Shown: positions 54,874 to 63,433 of the stretch, in pieces
How the letters are laid out: the number at the start of each line of letters is the position of its first letter
Position numbering within the stretch: the first letter of the stretch is position 1
DNA from: an uncultured Muribaculaceae bacterium
Lineage (GTDB): Bacteria > Bacteroidota > Bacteroidia > Bacteroidales > Muribaculaceae
Assembly (NCBI GenBank): GCA_964459845.1
Contig: CAYWOC010000005.1
Span: 23,389-87,388 of the forward strand
Length of the DNA: 64,000 bases
Direction: 5' to 3'
Made by a program: the position numbers and the translations under genes
Notes under the pieces: generated by a model
Seen by the model: the letters and a program-made list of their open reading frames with translations, nothing else
The model's database searches: none
Told to the model about the DNA's origin: nothing

Positions 54874-54929
54874 AAATCGAGGTTGCTGGCAGCTTTTTTA
54901 GGACTGTGCGCAACCTCGATTTTATTTTG
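54874..54929. terminator. Bidirectional terminator-like hairpin between the amidase operon and the DJ-1 gene
   Basis: The perfect 13-bp stem is aaatcgaggttgc / gcaacctcgattt with a 23-nt loop. tattttg follows it. The flanking genes are convergent. Confidence 0.5.
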
Positions 54930-54965
54930 ACTTAAATTTCAAAACTGGCTTGTCCGTGGTAGGAA

Positions 54966-55541
54966 TTAGAAATAGAACTCCTGAGGACGGTCATAGAGCA
55001 GAAGACCTTCGGCAATGTTGCGTGCGGCATCTTCTCCAAGAGTGTGAGCCACGATGGCAAGCGCAAACATTGTGGCTGTGGCAGGTCCGTTGGCGGTGAT
55101 TATGTTGCCGTCGGATTCCACCGGCTTAGTCCCTATTTTAGATAGAGCCATCGATTTTTCAAACCCCGGATAGCAAATGGCGCGTTTGCCGTCGAGTATC
55201 CCGAGGGGAGCGAGAACTACTGCCGGCGATGCGCAAATGGCAGCGATTTTGCCATCTTTGGCATTTTGTGCTTTAAGCAGATCACACAGATTTTCGTGTG
55301 CGGCAAGGTTGCTTGCTCCAGGCATTCCTCCGGGCAGTATCAGCCATTCAGCGTCGCTGAAATCAATGTCTGAAAACAGCGCATCAGCCGTGACGGTGAT
55401 ATTGTGCGCTCCTTTCACCTGAAGTGTGCTTGATATGGATACTGTAGTTACAGGAAGGTTGGCACGGCGCATAATATCTACTACCGACAATGCTTCCACT
55501 TCTTCAAAACCTTCGGCAAGGAATAAAAATGATGTGTTCAT
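54966..55541 (-). CDS. DJ-1/PfpI family protein
   Basis: The sequence runs MNTSFLFLAEGFEEVEAL...LILPGGMPG...AAICASPAV, with the nucleophile-elbow Cys in AICAS. I prefer the ATG at 55541 over the longer ORF-track start at 55589, because family members start close to the LAEGFEE block. Confidence 0.85.
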   Translation of the reverse strand: MNTSFLFLAEGFEEVEALSVVDIMRRANLPVTTVSISSTLQVKGAHNITVTADALFSDIDFSDAEWLILPGGMPGASNLAAHENLCDLLKAQNAKDGKIAAICASPAVVLAPLGILDGKRAICYPGFEKSMALSKIGTKPVESDGNIITANGPATATMFALAIVAHTLGEDAARNIAEGLLLYDRPQEFYF

Positions 55542-55671
55542 ATAAATGGTGAATTTAGTAGTTAGTAAAAATTCTGTAGTTATTCTCATAGCAAATGTAA
55601 GAATTTATTTTATAATTATGTGCGAAAAATCGGCTGGGAATATTAATTTTGTTGCAAAAATTGATTCGTAT

Positions 55672-56682
55672 ATGAAAAGAAGACATTTGGCTGTGGTCAT
55701 ATTTCTTGCCATATTCTTGGCAGGAATGTGTTTTTGGAAAGGCGGAAAACGCTATTATATGGAATCGGGCGTGGTGTGGACCACCGAGTATCATATCACC
55801 TACGAGGGCAGCCGTCAGCTTGGCGACTCAATTCAGGCTGTGCTTGCGCACATAGACATGAGCGCATCGAAATATAACAAAAACTCGCTGCTCACCAAAA
55901 TCAACAATAATGAGAGCCGTATGGCAGATGACATATTCACTCGCCTCTATGAAAAGTCGGAAGAGGTGTATGAGGCTTCGGGAGGGGCTTTCGACCCTAC
56001 TGTCTCCCCTTTGGCAAATGTGTGGGGATTCGGACTGAAGAGCGGACTTGAACCCGATGACGCCACTATCGACAGCATACGCCAGTTTGTGGGACTTGAC
56101 AAGACCCGACTTGTGGATGGCGTGGTGCAGAAAGACGATGAGCGTGTGGCCTTCGACTTCAATTCTATAGCTAAGGGACTTGCCTGTGACGAGGTTGGGC
56201 GAATGCTTGAGCGTAATGGTGTGGAGAACTATATTGTGGAGATTGGCGGTGAGATTGCTGTGCGTGGCAAGAATGAGAATGGTGCCGATTGGCGCATATC
56301 TGTGGACCGACCCATTGAGAGTGCCGACACCGTAATCCACAAGTCGGCCTTTGTGATTGAGCTTGAGAGCGGCGGTGTGGCCACATCTGGCAATTATCGT
56401 AATTTTAGGATTGTCGATGGCAAGAAGGTGGCTCACACCATCAATCCGCACACCGGTAAGCCAGAGATTACAAATTTGCTGAGTGTGACGATAGTGGCAC
56501 GGGATTGTATGACAGCCGACGCTTATGCCACGGCTTGTATGGCACTTGGTCTTGACGGCAGCAAGAAGATGCTTCACGGAGACAAGAATATTGCGGTGAG
56601 CTTAAGCTATGTGGGCGGCGATGGCACTACGATAGAAGTGTGGGAAAATCCTGCATTTGCAGCTATAAAGAAGCTGAATTAG
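55672..56682 (+). CDS. apbE: FAD:protein FMN transferase (ApbE family)
   Basis: The signal or anchor sequence MKRRHLAVVIFLAIFLAG starts at the ATG at 55672. ApbE blocks are GGAFDPTVSPL, FNSIAKG, GGEI, VATSGNYRNF and HTINPHTG. Confidence 0.9.
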   Translation: MKRRHLAVVIFLAIFLAGMCFWKGGKRYYMESGVVWTTEYHITYEGSRQLGDSIQAVLAHIDMSASKYNKNSLLTKINNNESRMADDIFTRLYEKSEEVYEASGGAFDPTVSPLANVWGFGLKSGLEPDDATIDSIRQFVGLDKTRLVDGVVQKDDERVAFDFNSIAKGLACDEVGRMLERNGVENYIVEIGGEIAVRGKNENGADWRISVDRPIESADTVIHKSAFVIELESGGVATSGNYRNFRIVDGKKVAHTINPHTGKPEITNLLSVTIVARDCMTADAYATACMALGLDGSKKMLHGDKNIAVSLSYVGGDGTTIEVWENPAFAAIKKLN

Positions 56683-56850
56683 AGCCGTTGATTATGATGG
56701 CATGAATGGATGACGTTTTGCTGGCTGTATATGAACCCATGCGGCTGATTCGGATGTGAAAGGACGCTTAGAAATGGAGGCGTGCCTACATTGATAGTTG
56801 AATGTAATATTGAATAAAAATAAAAAAAGAAGATTAGGCTCGTGGAGTGG

Positions 56851-58473
56851 CTAATCTTCTTTGTTATTCTTTGAACGCGATTCCTTTTTGCTGCTGGAAC
56901 TGCTCGTGTCTTTTTCTTCTTTCAGGTCAATCTCGTTTTTCTTCTTGTCGAATACCTTGTATTCAAGATATGCGAGCGACTGGTCGGGCAGAATCTTGAA
57001 CTTGTTGAAGCCATATTCCATGCGCCAACGCGAGTATTCAGAAATCAAGCCTTTTTTCAGGTATGCATCTACGAATGGATGCACATACATCGTGAATTGG
57101 GTTATCTTCAGCGAATGGATAAGATAGTCAATCTTGTCTTTCAGCACATCGGTGAACAGCAGCGACGGCTGCACTTCTCCCTTGCCGTGGCACGATGGGC
57201 ATGATTCGGCTGTCACAATGTCGAGGGCTGGACGCACGCGCTGGCGTGTAATCTGCATAAGTCCGAATTTGCTTAGCGGCAATATGTTGTGGCGCGCTCG
57301 GTCGTTTGCCATTACTTCGCGCATATGGTCGTACAGAGCCTGGCGATGTTCGGCTTGAGCCATATCGATGTAATCAATCACGATGATGCCGCCCATGTCG
57401 CGAAGACGCAATTGGCGTGCAATCTCGTCGGCGGCCCGTAGGTTCACGTCGAGAGCGTTGCTCTCCTGATTGGCTGAACTCTTGGAGCGGTTGCCTGAGT
57501 TTACGTCGATAACGTGCAGAGCCTCGGTGCTTTCGATGATGAGGTATGCTCCCGACTTGAATGATACCGTCTTGCCAAACGAAGTCTTGATTTGCTTCGT
57601 TATATTGAAGTGGTCGAAGATTGGCACATCATCGGTGTATAGCTTTACGATGTCCTTGCGCTCTGGGGCAATAAGACTCACATAGTTCGAAATCTGGTCG
57701 AAAACTTCGGCATCATTGACGTGGATGCTTTCAAACGAAGGGCTGAATATGTCGCGAATCACGCTCACGGCGCGGCTGTCTTCCTCATAGATGAGCGATG
57801 GAGCGACGGAGCGTTGAGCTTTGGCGATGCTGTCTTCCCAGCATTTCAGTAGGGCGCGGAGTTCGTTGTTAAGCTCAGCCACACGCTTGTTTTCGGCAGA
57901 TGTGCGAATGATAACGCCAAAATTCCTTGGCTTGATGCTCTCGATAAGCTGGCGGAGGCGAAGTTTCTCCTCTGTAGATTTTATCTTCTGGGAGATTGAA
58001 ATCTTGTTGTTGAAAGGTATTAAGACAAGAAAACGTCCGGTGAAAGAAATTTCGGTAGTGAGCCGCGGACCTTTCGACGATATAGGCTCCTTGGCAATCT
58101 GCACAATCAGCTCTTGTCCGAGGGTGAGAGTGTCGGTGATGGTGCCGTGCTTGTCGATGTCGGGCTTGTTGGCGAATTTTGATATGTTCGGAACGTGACG
58201 CTTGTCTTCGAGAGCTTCCTTGACGAAAGTCGAATATGAATTGAATTGCGAACCAAGGTCGAGATAGTGCAGAAAAGCGTCTTTCTCGAACCCCACATTC
58301 ACGAAAGCAGCGTTGAGACCTGGCATCAGCTTCTTCACCTTTGCGATGTAGAGGTTGCCCACGGCATAGGATGCGTCGCGAGATTCTTTTTGTAGCGACA
58401 CAAGCCTACCGTCCTCCAGCAGAGCTGTGGAAATCTCGGTGGGTTTTACATCTACTACAAGTTCGCTATTCAT
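56851..58473 (-). CDS. rng: Rne/Rng family ribonuclease (RNase G/E-like)
   Basis: The S1 domain is GNLYIAKVKKLMPGLNAAFVNVG. The catalytic region is EALHVIDVNSG and GGIIVIDYIDM. A Zn-link Cys pair is present (CPSCHGKG), and the tail is basic. Confidence 0.9.
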   Translation of the reverse strand: MNSELVVDVKPTEISTALLEDGRLVSLQKESRDASYAVGNLYIAKVKKLMPGLNAAFVNVGFEKDAFLHYLDLGSQFNSYSTFVKEALEDKRHVPNISKFANKPDIDKHGTITDTLTLGQELIVQIAKEPISSKGPRLTTEISFTGRFLVLIPFNNKISISQKIKSTEEKLRLRQLIESIKPRNFGVIIRTSAENKRVAELNNELRALLKCWEDSIAKAQRSVAPSLIYEEDSRAVSVIRDIFSPSFESIHVNDAEVFDQISNYVSLIAPERKDIVKLYTDDVPIFDHFNITKQIKTSFGKTVSFKSGAYLIIESTEALHVIDVNSGNRSKSSANQESNALDVNLRAADEIARQLRLRDMGGIIVIDYIDMAQAEHRQALYDHMREVMANDRARHNILPLSKFGLMQITRQRVRPALDIVTAESCPSCHGKGEVQPSLLFTDVLKDKIDYLIHSLKITQFTMYVHPFVDAYLKKGLISEYSRWRMEYGFNKFKILPDQSLAYLEYKVFDKKKNEIDLKEEKDTSSSSSKKESRSKNNKED

Positions 58474-58695
58474 ATAGATTTTTCTTTATTGAATTAATAA
58501 AAAAATGAGAGAGCCAATCCCCTTTGCAAAGATTCCGCAAAGGGAATCGGGCTATCTTATTTCTCAAGTTAAGACTGTATGCTCATATTTGCGAGCATCT
58601 GTCAAATAGAACAAAGAACAAACGCAATGGAGAAATATTGAAATTAAATCACACATCTTGTTTGTTCTTAGCTATGACTTAATTAGAAAGTTAGA

Positions 58696-58785
58696 TTATT
58701 TCTTCTTATGTCTATTCTTTCTAAGTCTCTTTTTGCGCTTGTGCGTAGCCATCTTGTGGCCTTTTCTTTTCTTTCCGCTTGGCAT
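58696..58785 (-). CDS. 29-aa highly basic micro-protein, bS22-like (AURKAIP1/COX24-type) putative ribosomal protein
   Basis: This ORF is not in the ORF track because it is shorter than 60 aa. The minus-strand ATG at 58785 opens MPSGKKRKGHKMATHKRKKRLRKNRHKKK followed by a stop. The HKMATHKRKKRLRKNRHK core resembles the small basic ribosomal protein bS22 family found in Bacteroidota and Actinobacteria. It lies directly downstream of the HU gene. Confidence 0.55.
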   Translation of the reverse strand: MPSGKKRKGHKMATHKRKKRLRKNRHKKK

Positions 58786-58856
58786 ATTAGCTTAGTATTT
58801 TAAGTGATTAATAAAATATAATTACGCTCTAAAGAGTGAATTTTCTGATGTTTTAT

Positions 58857-59129
58857 TTATTTTACAATATCCATGAAAACCTTGGCAGGCTTGAATGCTG
58901 GAATGTTGTGCTCAGGGATGATGATAGTAGTGCTCTTAGAAATGTTGCGAGCTGTCTTCTGTGAACGTGTTTTCACAATGAAGCTACCGAAACCTCTAAG
59001 ATATACATTTTGTCCATTTGCAAGTGAGTCCTTAACTGTTGCCATGAACTTTTCTACTGTCTCAAGCACTGTTGCCTTGTCAATGCCTGTTGATTTTGAA
59101 ATCTCGTTTACGATGTCTGCTTTAGTCAT
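58857..59129 (-). CDS. hup: HU family DNA-binding protein
   Basis: The 90-aa sequence runs MTKADIVNEIS...LRGFGSFIVKTRSQKTARNI...IPEHNIPAFKPAK, a canonical HU/IHF fold signature. Confidence 0.92.
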   Translation of the reverse strand: MTKADIVNEISKSTGIDKATVLETVEKFMATVKDSLANGQNVYLRGFGSFIVKTRSQKTARNISKSTTIIIPEHNIPAFKPAKVFMDIVK

Positions 59130-59566
59130 TGTATTCTTAATTTATTTAATAGTTGTATTATCTACTTTATAGCGCAAAATCAATGGGATTAATTTTTGTA
59201 AAAAAATAATCTTCTAAAATTTAAATCATTAAGAGATAAACTGTATTTGATTTTTGCAAGTGCAAATATCGTAATTATTTTTGAATTAGCTACGACAAAT
59301 GAGCGATTTTTTGAAAGAAAATGTGAAAATTAAGCGATAATTGCGTAAAACTCTGCATAGATGCTGCAAATATAGGTGGCTTTGAGGCTTTTTTTGCGCT
59401 GGTTGATGATTAAATGGCGAATATGTCGTAACTTTGTTGATGCTGCTTGGCGGATTGGTTGTGTATATGAAATATTGTTTTTATGTGGTAGATTTGTATA
59501 TTTATGCGTAATAACATGGCGATGATGCTTCTGCCGCAGATAATTTTGATATATTATATTATGATT

Positions 59567-60274
59567 ATGGAGAATATAAAGACCGTGTTTATCGATCTCG
59601 ATGACACGCTGTGGTGGTTTTCGGAGAATACGAAGGTGGCGATACGCTTCGTTTACGACAAGTATGGGTTGTCGCAGTGGTGCGACTACGACACCTACCT
59701 CAATCTGTATTGCGATAAGAACAATGAGCTGTGGGAGCTTTATCACTATGGGAAGATTTCTAAGGATTTCCTCGTCAGTGAGCGTTTCGATTATGTGCTG
59801 CGCTCGATAGGCTACGATGGCGACAAGGTGGTGATGGGAGCGCAGCTAAATGAGGATTATCTCGATTGCCTTGCAAGGCAGAAGAAGATTCTGCCCGGGG
59901 CAAAGGAGCTGCTTGAATATCTCGGCAGGAAATATGACGTGAATGTGCTGAGCAACGGTTTCCGCGGATTCCAGCCGCGCAAGTTGGAATCGGGCGGCAT
60001 AGCGCATCTCATCCACAGGCTTATTCTCTCCGACGACTGCGGTGTTACCAAGCCACTTCCGGGCATATATGAGTATGCGCTTCGTGAATGTGGTGCTGAG
60101 GCGAAAAGCACGGTGATGATAGGCGACAACTACGATGCCGACATCTGCGGAGCGCACGATGCTGGCTGGCGCACCATATTCTTCGACTGGCGAGGAATGG
60201 AAGTGCCGCAGCCGAGTGTCGCCGATGCCACAGTCCACTCTCTTCTCGAAATAGTGGAGCGAGGAATATTGTGA
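59567..60274 (+). CDS. HAD-superfamily hydrolase (YjjG/noncanonical pyrimidine nucleotidase-like)
   Basis: HAD motif I FIDLDDTLW follows directly after MENIKTV. The later motifs are LSNG and GDNYDADICGA. A TAGATTTG -7 box at 59489..59496 argues against the ORF-track start at 59504 and for ATG 59561 or 59567. Confidence 0.8.
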   Translation: MENIKTVFIDLDDTLWWFSENTKVAIRFVYDKYGLSQWCDYDTYLNLYCDKNNELWELYHYGKISKDFLVSERFDYVLRSIGYDGDKVVMGAQLNEDYLDCLARQKKILPGAKELLEYLGRKYDVNVLSNGFRGFQPRKLESGGIAHLIHRLILSDDCGVTKPLPGIYEYALRECGAEAKSTVMIGDNYDADICGAHDAGWRTIFFDWRGMEVPQPSVADATVHSLLEIVERGIL

Positions 60275-60292
60275 AGTGTCAATCTGTGTGTA

Positions 60293-60703
60293 TCAGAACG
60301 GGAATGTGGCATCGCTGTGGATGTAGCGGTTCTCGAATTCCTCTTCGCTCATGCACAAGATGAGGATGCCCTGCACAAGTGTGACAACCGACAAAATCGT
60401 GCCGAGTATTCCGCACGACAGCAATGTGATGAGTAGACAGGTGATGCCCGCCGACTTTTTCTCCATATAGAAGTAGTGGATTCCGAGCGAGCCGAGGAAG
60501 ATGGCGAGCAGACCTGCTGCGCCGCGGCATTTGCCCGAAGGTCCTGCCGTGAATATGTCGCGCTGCTGTGGTGTCTGATAATTTGGCGCACCCTGAAACT
60601 TGCTGCTGAATTGGCAGCCGCAATAAGAGCATTTTATTTCGCCCGAGTCTTTGTCGCTCGCAACGATGTTTCCGCATTGCGGACAACGATAATTGTATAT
60701 CAT
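60293..60703 (-). CDS. TM2 domain-containing membrane protein with N-terminal zinc-ribbon
   Basis: The zinc ribbon is CPQCGNIV...CSYCGC. The TM2 domain is GAAGLLAIFLGSLGIHYFYMEKKSAGITCLLITLLSCGILG. The preferred start MIYNYRCPQCG is at 60703; the ORF-track start is 60742. Confidence 0.7.
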   Translation of the reverse strand: MIYNYRCPQCGNIVASDKDSGEIKCSYCGCQFSSKFQGAPNYQTPQQRDIFTAGPSGKCRGAAGLLAIFLGSLGIHYFYMEKKSAGITCLLITLLSCGILGTILSVVTLVQGILILCMSEEEFENRYIHSDATFPF

Positions 60704-61023
60704 AATTCCTTGTTTAAGTGGTTGATAAATCCTTATGCCCATAATTCGGTCATCAGAATTGTGGGCTGTGTCTATATATTAGACGGTGCAAGTTAGCAAA
60801 AGGTTGCAACTTCGGCAAATATTTTGTGGGAAAATGTTGTACTTTCACAAAAAACAGCTTTAAATGGACTATGGTGAAGGCTGCGATGCAAATAAGTGTC
60901 TTGAGCGATAGGATTCGGATGGGTTCTGATAAAAGCTTTGGATTATAAATGAAAAACAGGGGCTTGCCGTGTGGGGTGACATCGGTGAGTCCCTGTCATT
61001 TTTTTTGGTGGGGAGGGAGTGGG

Positions 61024-62211
61024 TTAGCCGAGGGAGGCTACCATGTCGCGGGCAAGGGCTTGGCAGGCGGCTATGGTGCTGTCGGCTGGTGCTTGCTTCA
61101 TGTCGAATGGCGACGAGATGAAATCCACTTTCAGGTTTTCGATGGCTGCGGCTATGCGCTTGGTGGCGGCTGGCGCCCAAGTGTAAGAGCCGAAGTATGC
61201 CACTGAGCGGTTCTTGATGTCGCGCACCGAGATTGCCTTGACAAGATTGCCTACGGGCGGGAACAGGTCGCCTGAGTATGTTGGGCTTCCTATTATCAGC
61301 CCCTTGTAGCGCATGATGTCGGCAAGCACATAGGAGACGTGCGTCTTCGACAGATTGTAGAGCTTGATGTTCTTTATCCCGAGCTTAGCAAGATGGGCGG
61401 CAATGATTTCTGCCACTTCCTCGGTGTGACCGTACATGGAGCCGTAGGCTATCACAACGCCGCGTTCAGCCTCGAAGCGGCTCAGTCGGTCGTAGATGTC
61501 GAGAACTTTGTCGATTTGCTCGTGCCACACAGGTCCATGGGTGGAGCAGATGTAGCTGACGGGAGTGCCTGCAAGTTTTTTCATCGCAGCCTGCACCGTC
61601 ACGCCATATTTTGCCACGATGTTCGAGTAGTAGCGGTACATCTCGGGGAAGTAGGCATCGGTGTTCATGTCGGCATCCACTACAGCACCGTTGAGCGCGC
61701 CGAAGCAGCCGAAAGCGTCGCCGCTGAATAGGATTTTGTCGCTCTCGATATATGTCATCATAGTCTCAGGCCAATGCACCATAGGTGTGAACACGAATTT
61801 CAGCACCTTTCCGCCACCGAGGTCGAGCGTCTCGCCGTCTTTCACGCACATCACGTCGTCGGTGATGGCGTAGTAGCCCTTAATCATGTCGGCAGTCTTG
61901 TTGTTGCCTACAATCTTGATGCCCGGGTATCTCTCCTTGATAATCTGGATAGAGCCGGAATGGTCGGGCTCCATGTGGTTGATTATGAGATAGTCGATAG
62001 GCTTGTTACCGATTACGGCAGATATGTTGTTGAGGAATTGCAGACACTGGTTGATGCATACGGTATCGACCAAAGCCACCTTTTCGCCGGTGATAATATA
62101 GGAGTTGTAGCTCACGCCCTCGGGAATAGGCCACATCTCCTCGAAGCGGTCGTCGGTGCGGTTGCTCACGCCGACGTAATAAATCTGATTGTGAATTTCT
62201 GAGATATTCAT
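61024..62211 (-). CDS. fprA: FprA family A-type flavoprotein (flavodiiron protein)
   Basis: The metallo-beta-lactamase-like N-domain has the diiron motif HMEPDHSG (HxExDH). The C-terminal flavodoxin domain is VIAYGSMYGHTE. The length is 395 aa. Confidence 0.85.
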   Translation of the reverse strand: MNISEIHNQIYYVGVSNRTDDRFEEMWPIPEGVSYNSYIITGEKVALVDTVCINQCLQFLNNISAVIGNKPIDYLIINHMEPDHSGSIQIIKERYPGIKIVGNNKTADMIKGYYAITDDVMCVKDGETLDLGGGKVLKFVFTPMVHWPETMMTYIESDKILFSGDAFGCFGALNGAVVDADMNTDAYFPEMYRYYSNIVAKYGVTVQAAMKKLAGTPVSYICSTHGPVWHEQIDKVLDIYDRLSRFEAERGVVIAYGSMYGHTEEVAEIIAAHLAKLGIKNIKLYNLSKTHVSYVLADIMRYKGLIIGSPTYSGDLFPPVGNLVKAISVRDIKNRSVAYFGSYTWAPAATKRIAAAIENLKVDFISSPFDMKQAPADSTIAACQALARDMVASLG

Positions 62212-62247
62212 ATTCCGTGTTTTTATTTTTTTTATGAAAAAATTAGA

Positions 62248-63414
62248 TTAGTCCATTCTCGACTTATAGTCGGAGTAGTCAAACTTGCGCAGTACCTCTA
62301 CGCGTCCGTCGATGTGCTTGTAGAGGATTGCCGGGTGCTGGATGCCGTTGAACATATTGGTCTTTACCGTAGTGTAGTGGTTCATGTCCTCAAAAGTGAG
62401 GATGTCGCCCATCTTCACCTCGTGGTCGAACCGCCAGTCGCCTATGAAGTCTCCGCTCAGGCATGAGTTGCCGCCTATGCGGTAGCTGTGGATGCTGCCA
62501 GTGGTTGCGGCTGTGGCATCGTCATCGCTGAGAGCCTCGCTCACTACAGGCTTGTAGGGCATCTCAAGGCAGTCGGGCATATGGCAGGCAAACGACACAT
62601 CGGCTATGATGGTCGAAATGCCGCTGTTTTCCACCACATCCACCACCGAGGCTTTCAGGTCGCCTGTGCGCCAAGTGAATGCGCTGCCCGGCTCAAGAAT
62701 TATCTCAAGATTGGGGTATTTAGCCTTGAAGCCTGTGAGCAGACCGATTAGATGGGTGGTGTCGTATCCCTTGCGGGTCATAAGATGTCCGCCGCCCATA
62801 TTCAGCCACTTGAGCTGTGGCAGATATTTGCCGAATTGCTCCTCCACGGCAGTCAGCACTTTCTCCAAATCGTGGGAAGTGGATTCGCACAGCGCATGGA
62901 AGTGGAATCCATCGATGCCTTGCGGAAGCTGGGAGGGCATACGGTCGGCAGTCACGCCAAACCGCGAGCCGGCGCAGCAGGGATTGTAGATGTCGGTGTC
63001 GATGACCGAACACATGGGATTGATGCGCAGCCCGCAACTTATGCGGTGTCCGTCGGCAGAATCGCCGAAAGCCTTGATCCTGTCGGCAAAACGCATATAT
63101 TGTGCAACAGAATTGAATGTGATGTGCGAGCTGCCGCGCATATAGGCATCAATGGTGTCGTCGGTGTATGCCGGGCAGTAGGAGTGGGCGAGCTTGTCCA
63201 GCTCCTCGTTGGCGAGCTGCATCTCATTGAGCGAGCTTGCAGTTGAAGCCACATCATATTCCCTGAAGATTCCGAAAGTCTTCCACAGGGCATTTGCCTT
63301 GAACGCCATAATGATTTTCACTCCGGCTCTCTGGCTCACATCGCTTATCAGGTCGAGGTTTCGCTTTATGCGCTCCTCATAGACTATATAGTAGGGTGTC
63401 GGGTATTTGTCCAT
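62248..63414 (-). CDS. nspC: Carboxynorspermidine/carboxyspermidine decarboxylase
   Basis: The N-terminus TPYYIVYEERIKRNL and an alanine-racemase-fold/Orn-DAP-Arg decarboxylase-like layout are typical of NspC. The blocks MAFKAN, NMGGG and GNSCLSGD are present. The length is 388 aa. Confidence 0.8.
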   Translation of the reverse strand: MDKYPTPYYIVYEERIKRNLDLISDVSQRAGVKIIMAFKANALWKTFGIFREYDVASTASSLNEMQLANEELDKLAHSYCPAYTDDTIDAYMRGSSHITFNSVAQYMRFADRIKAFGDSADGHRISCGLRINPMCSVIDTDIYNPCCAGSRFGVTADRMPSQLPQGIDGFHFHALCESTSHDLEKVLTAVEEQFGKYLPQLKWLNMGGGHLMTRKGYDTTHLIGLLTGFKAKYPNLEIILEPGSAFTWRTGDLKASVVDVVENSGISTIIADVSFACHMPDCLEMPYKPVVSEALSDDDATAATTGSIHSYRIGGNSCLSGDFIGDWRFDHEVKMGDILTFEDMNHYTTVKTNMFNGIQHPAILYKHIDGRVEVLRKFDYSDYKSRMD

Positions 63415-63433
63415 CGATATAATATGTCTTTTT

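Noticed and set aside
55828-56577. A 249-aa ORF antisense to apbE
   Set aside because: It is a shadow ORF. apbE on the plus strand has clear family motifs and the antisense product has none.
59330-59746. A 138-aa minus-strand ORF spanning the HU/HAD intergenic region and the HAD 5' end
   Set aside because: It overlaps the well-supported HAD gene in antisense. The translation is low-complexity and basic, with no motif.
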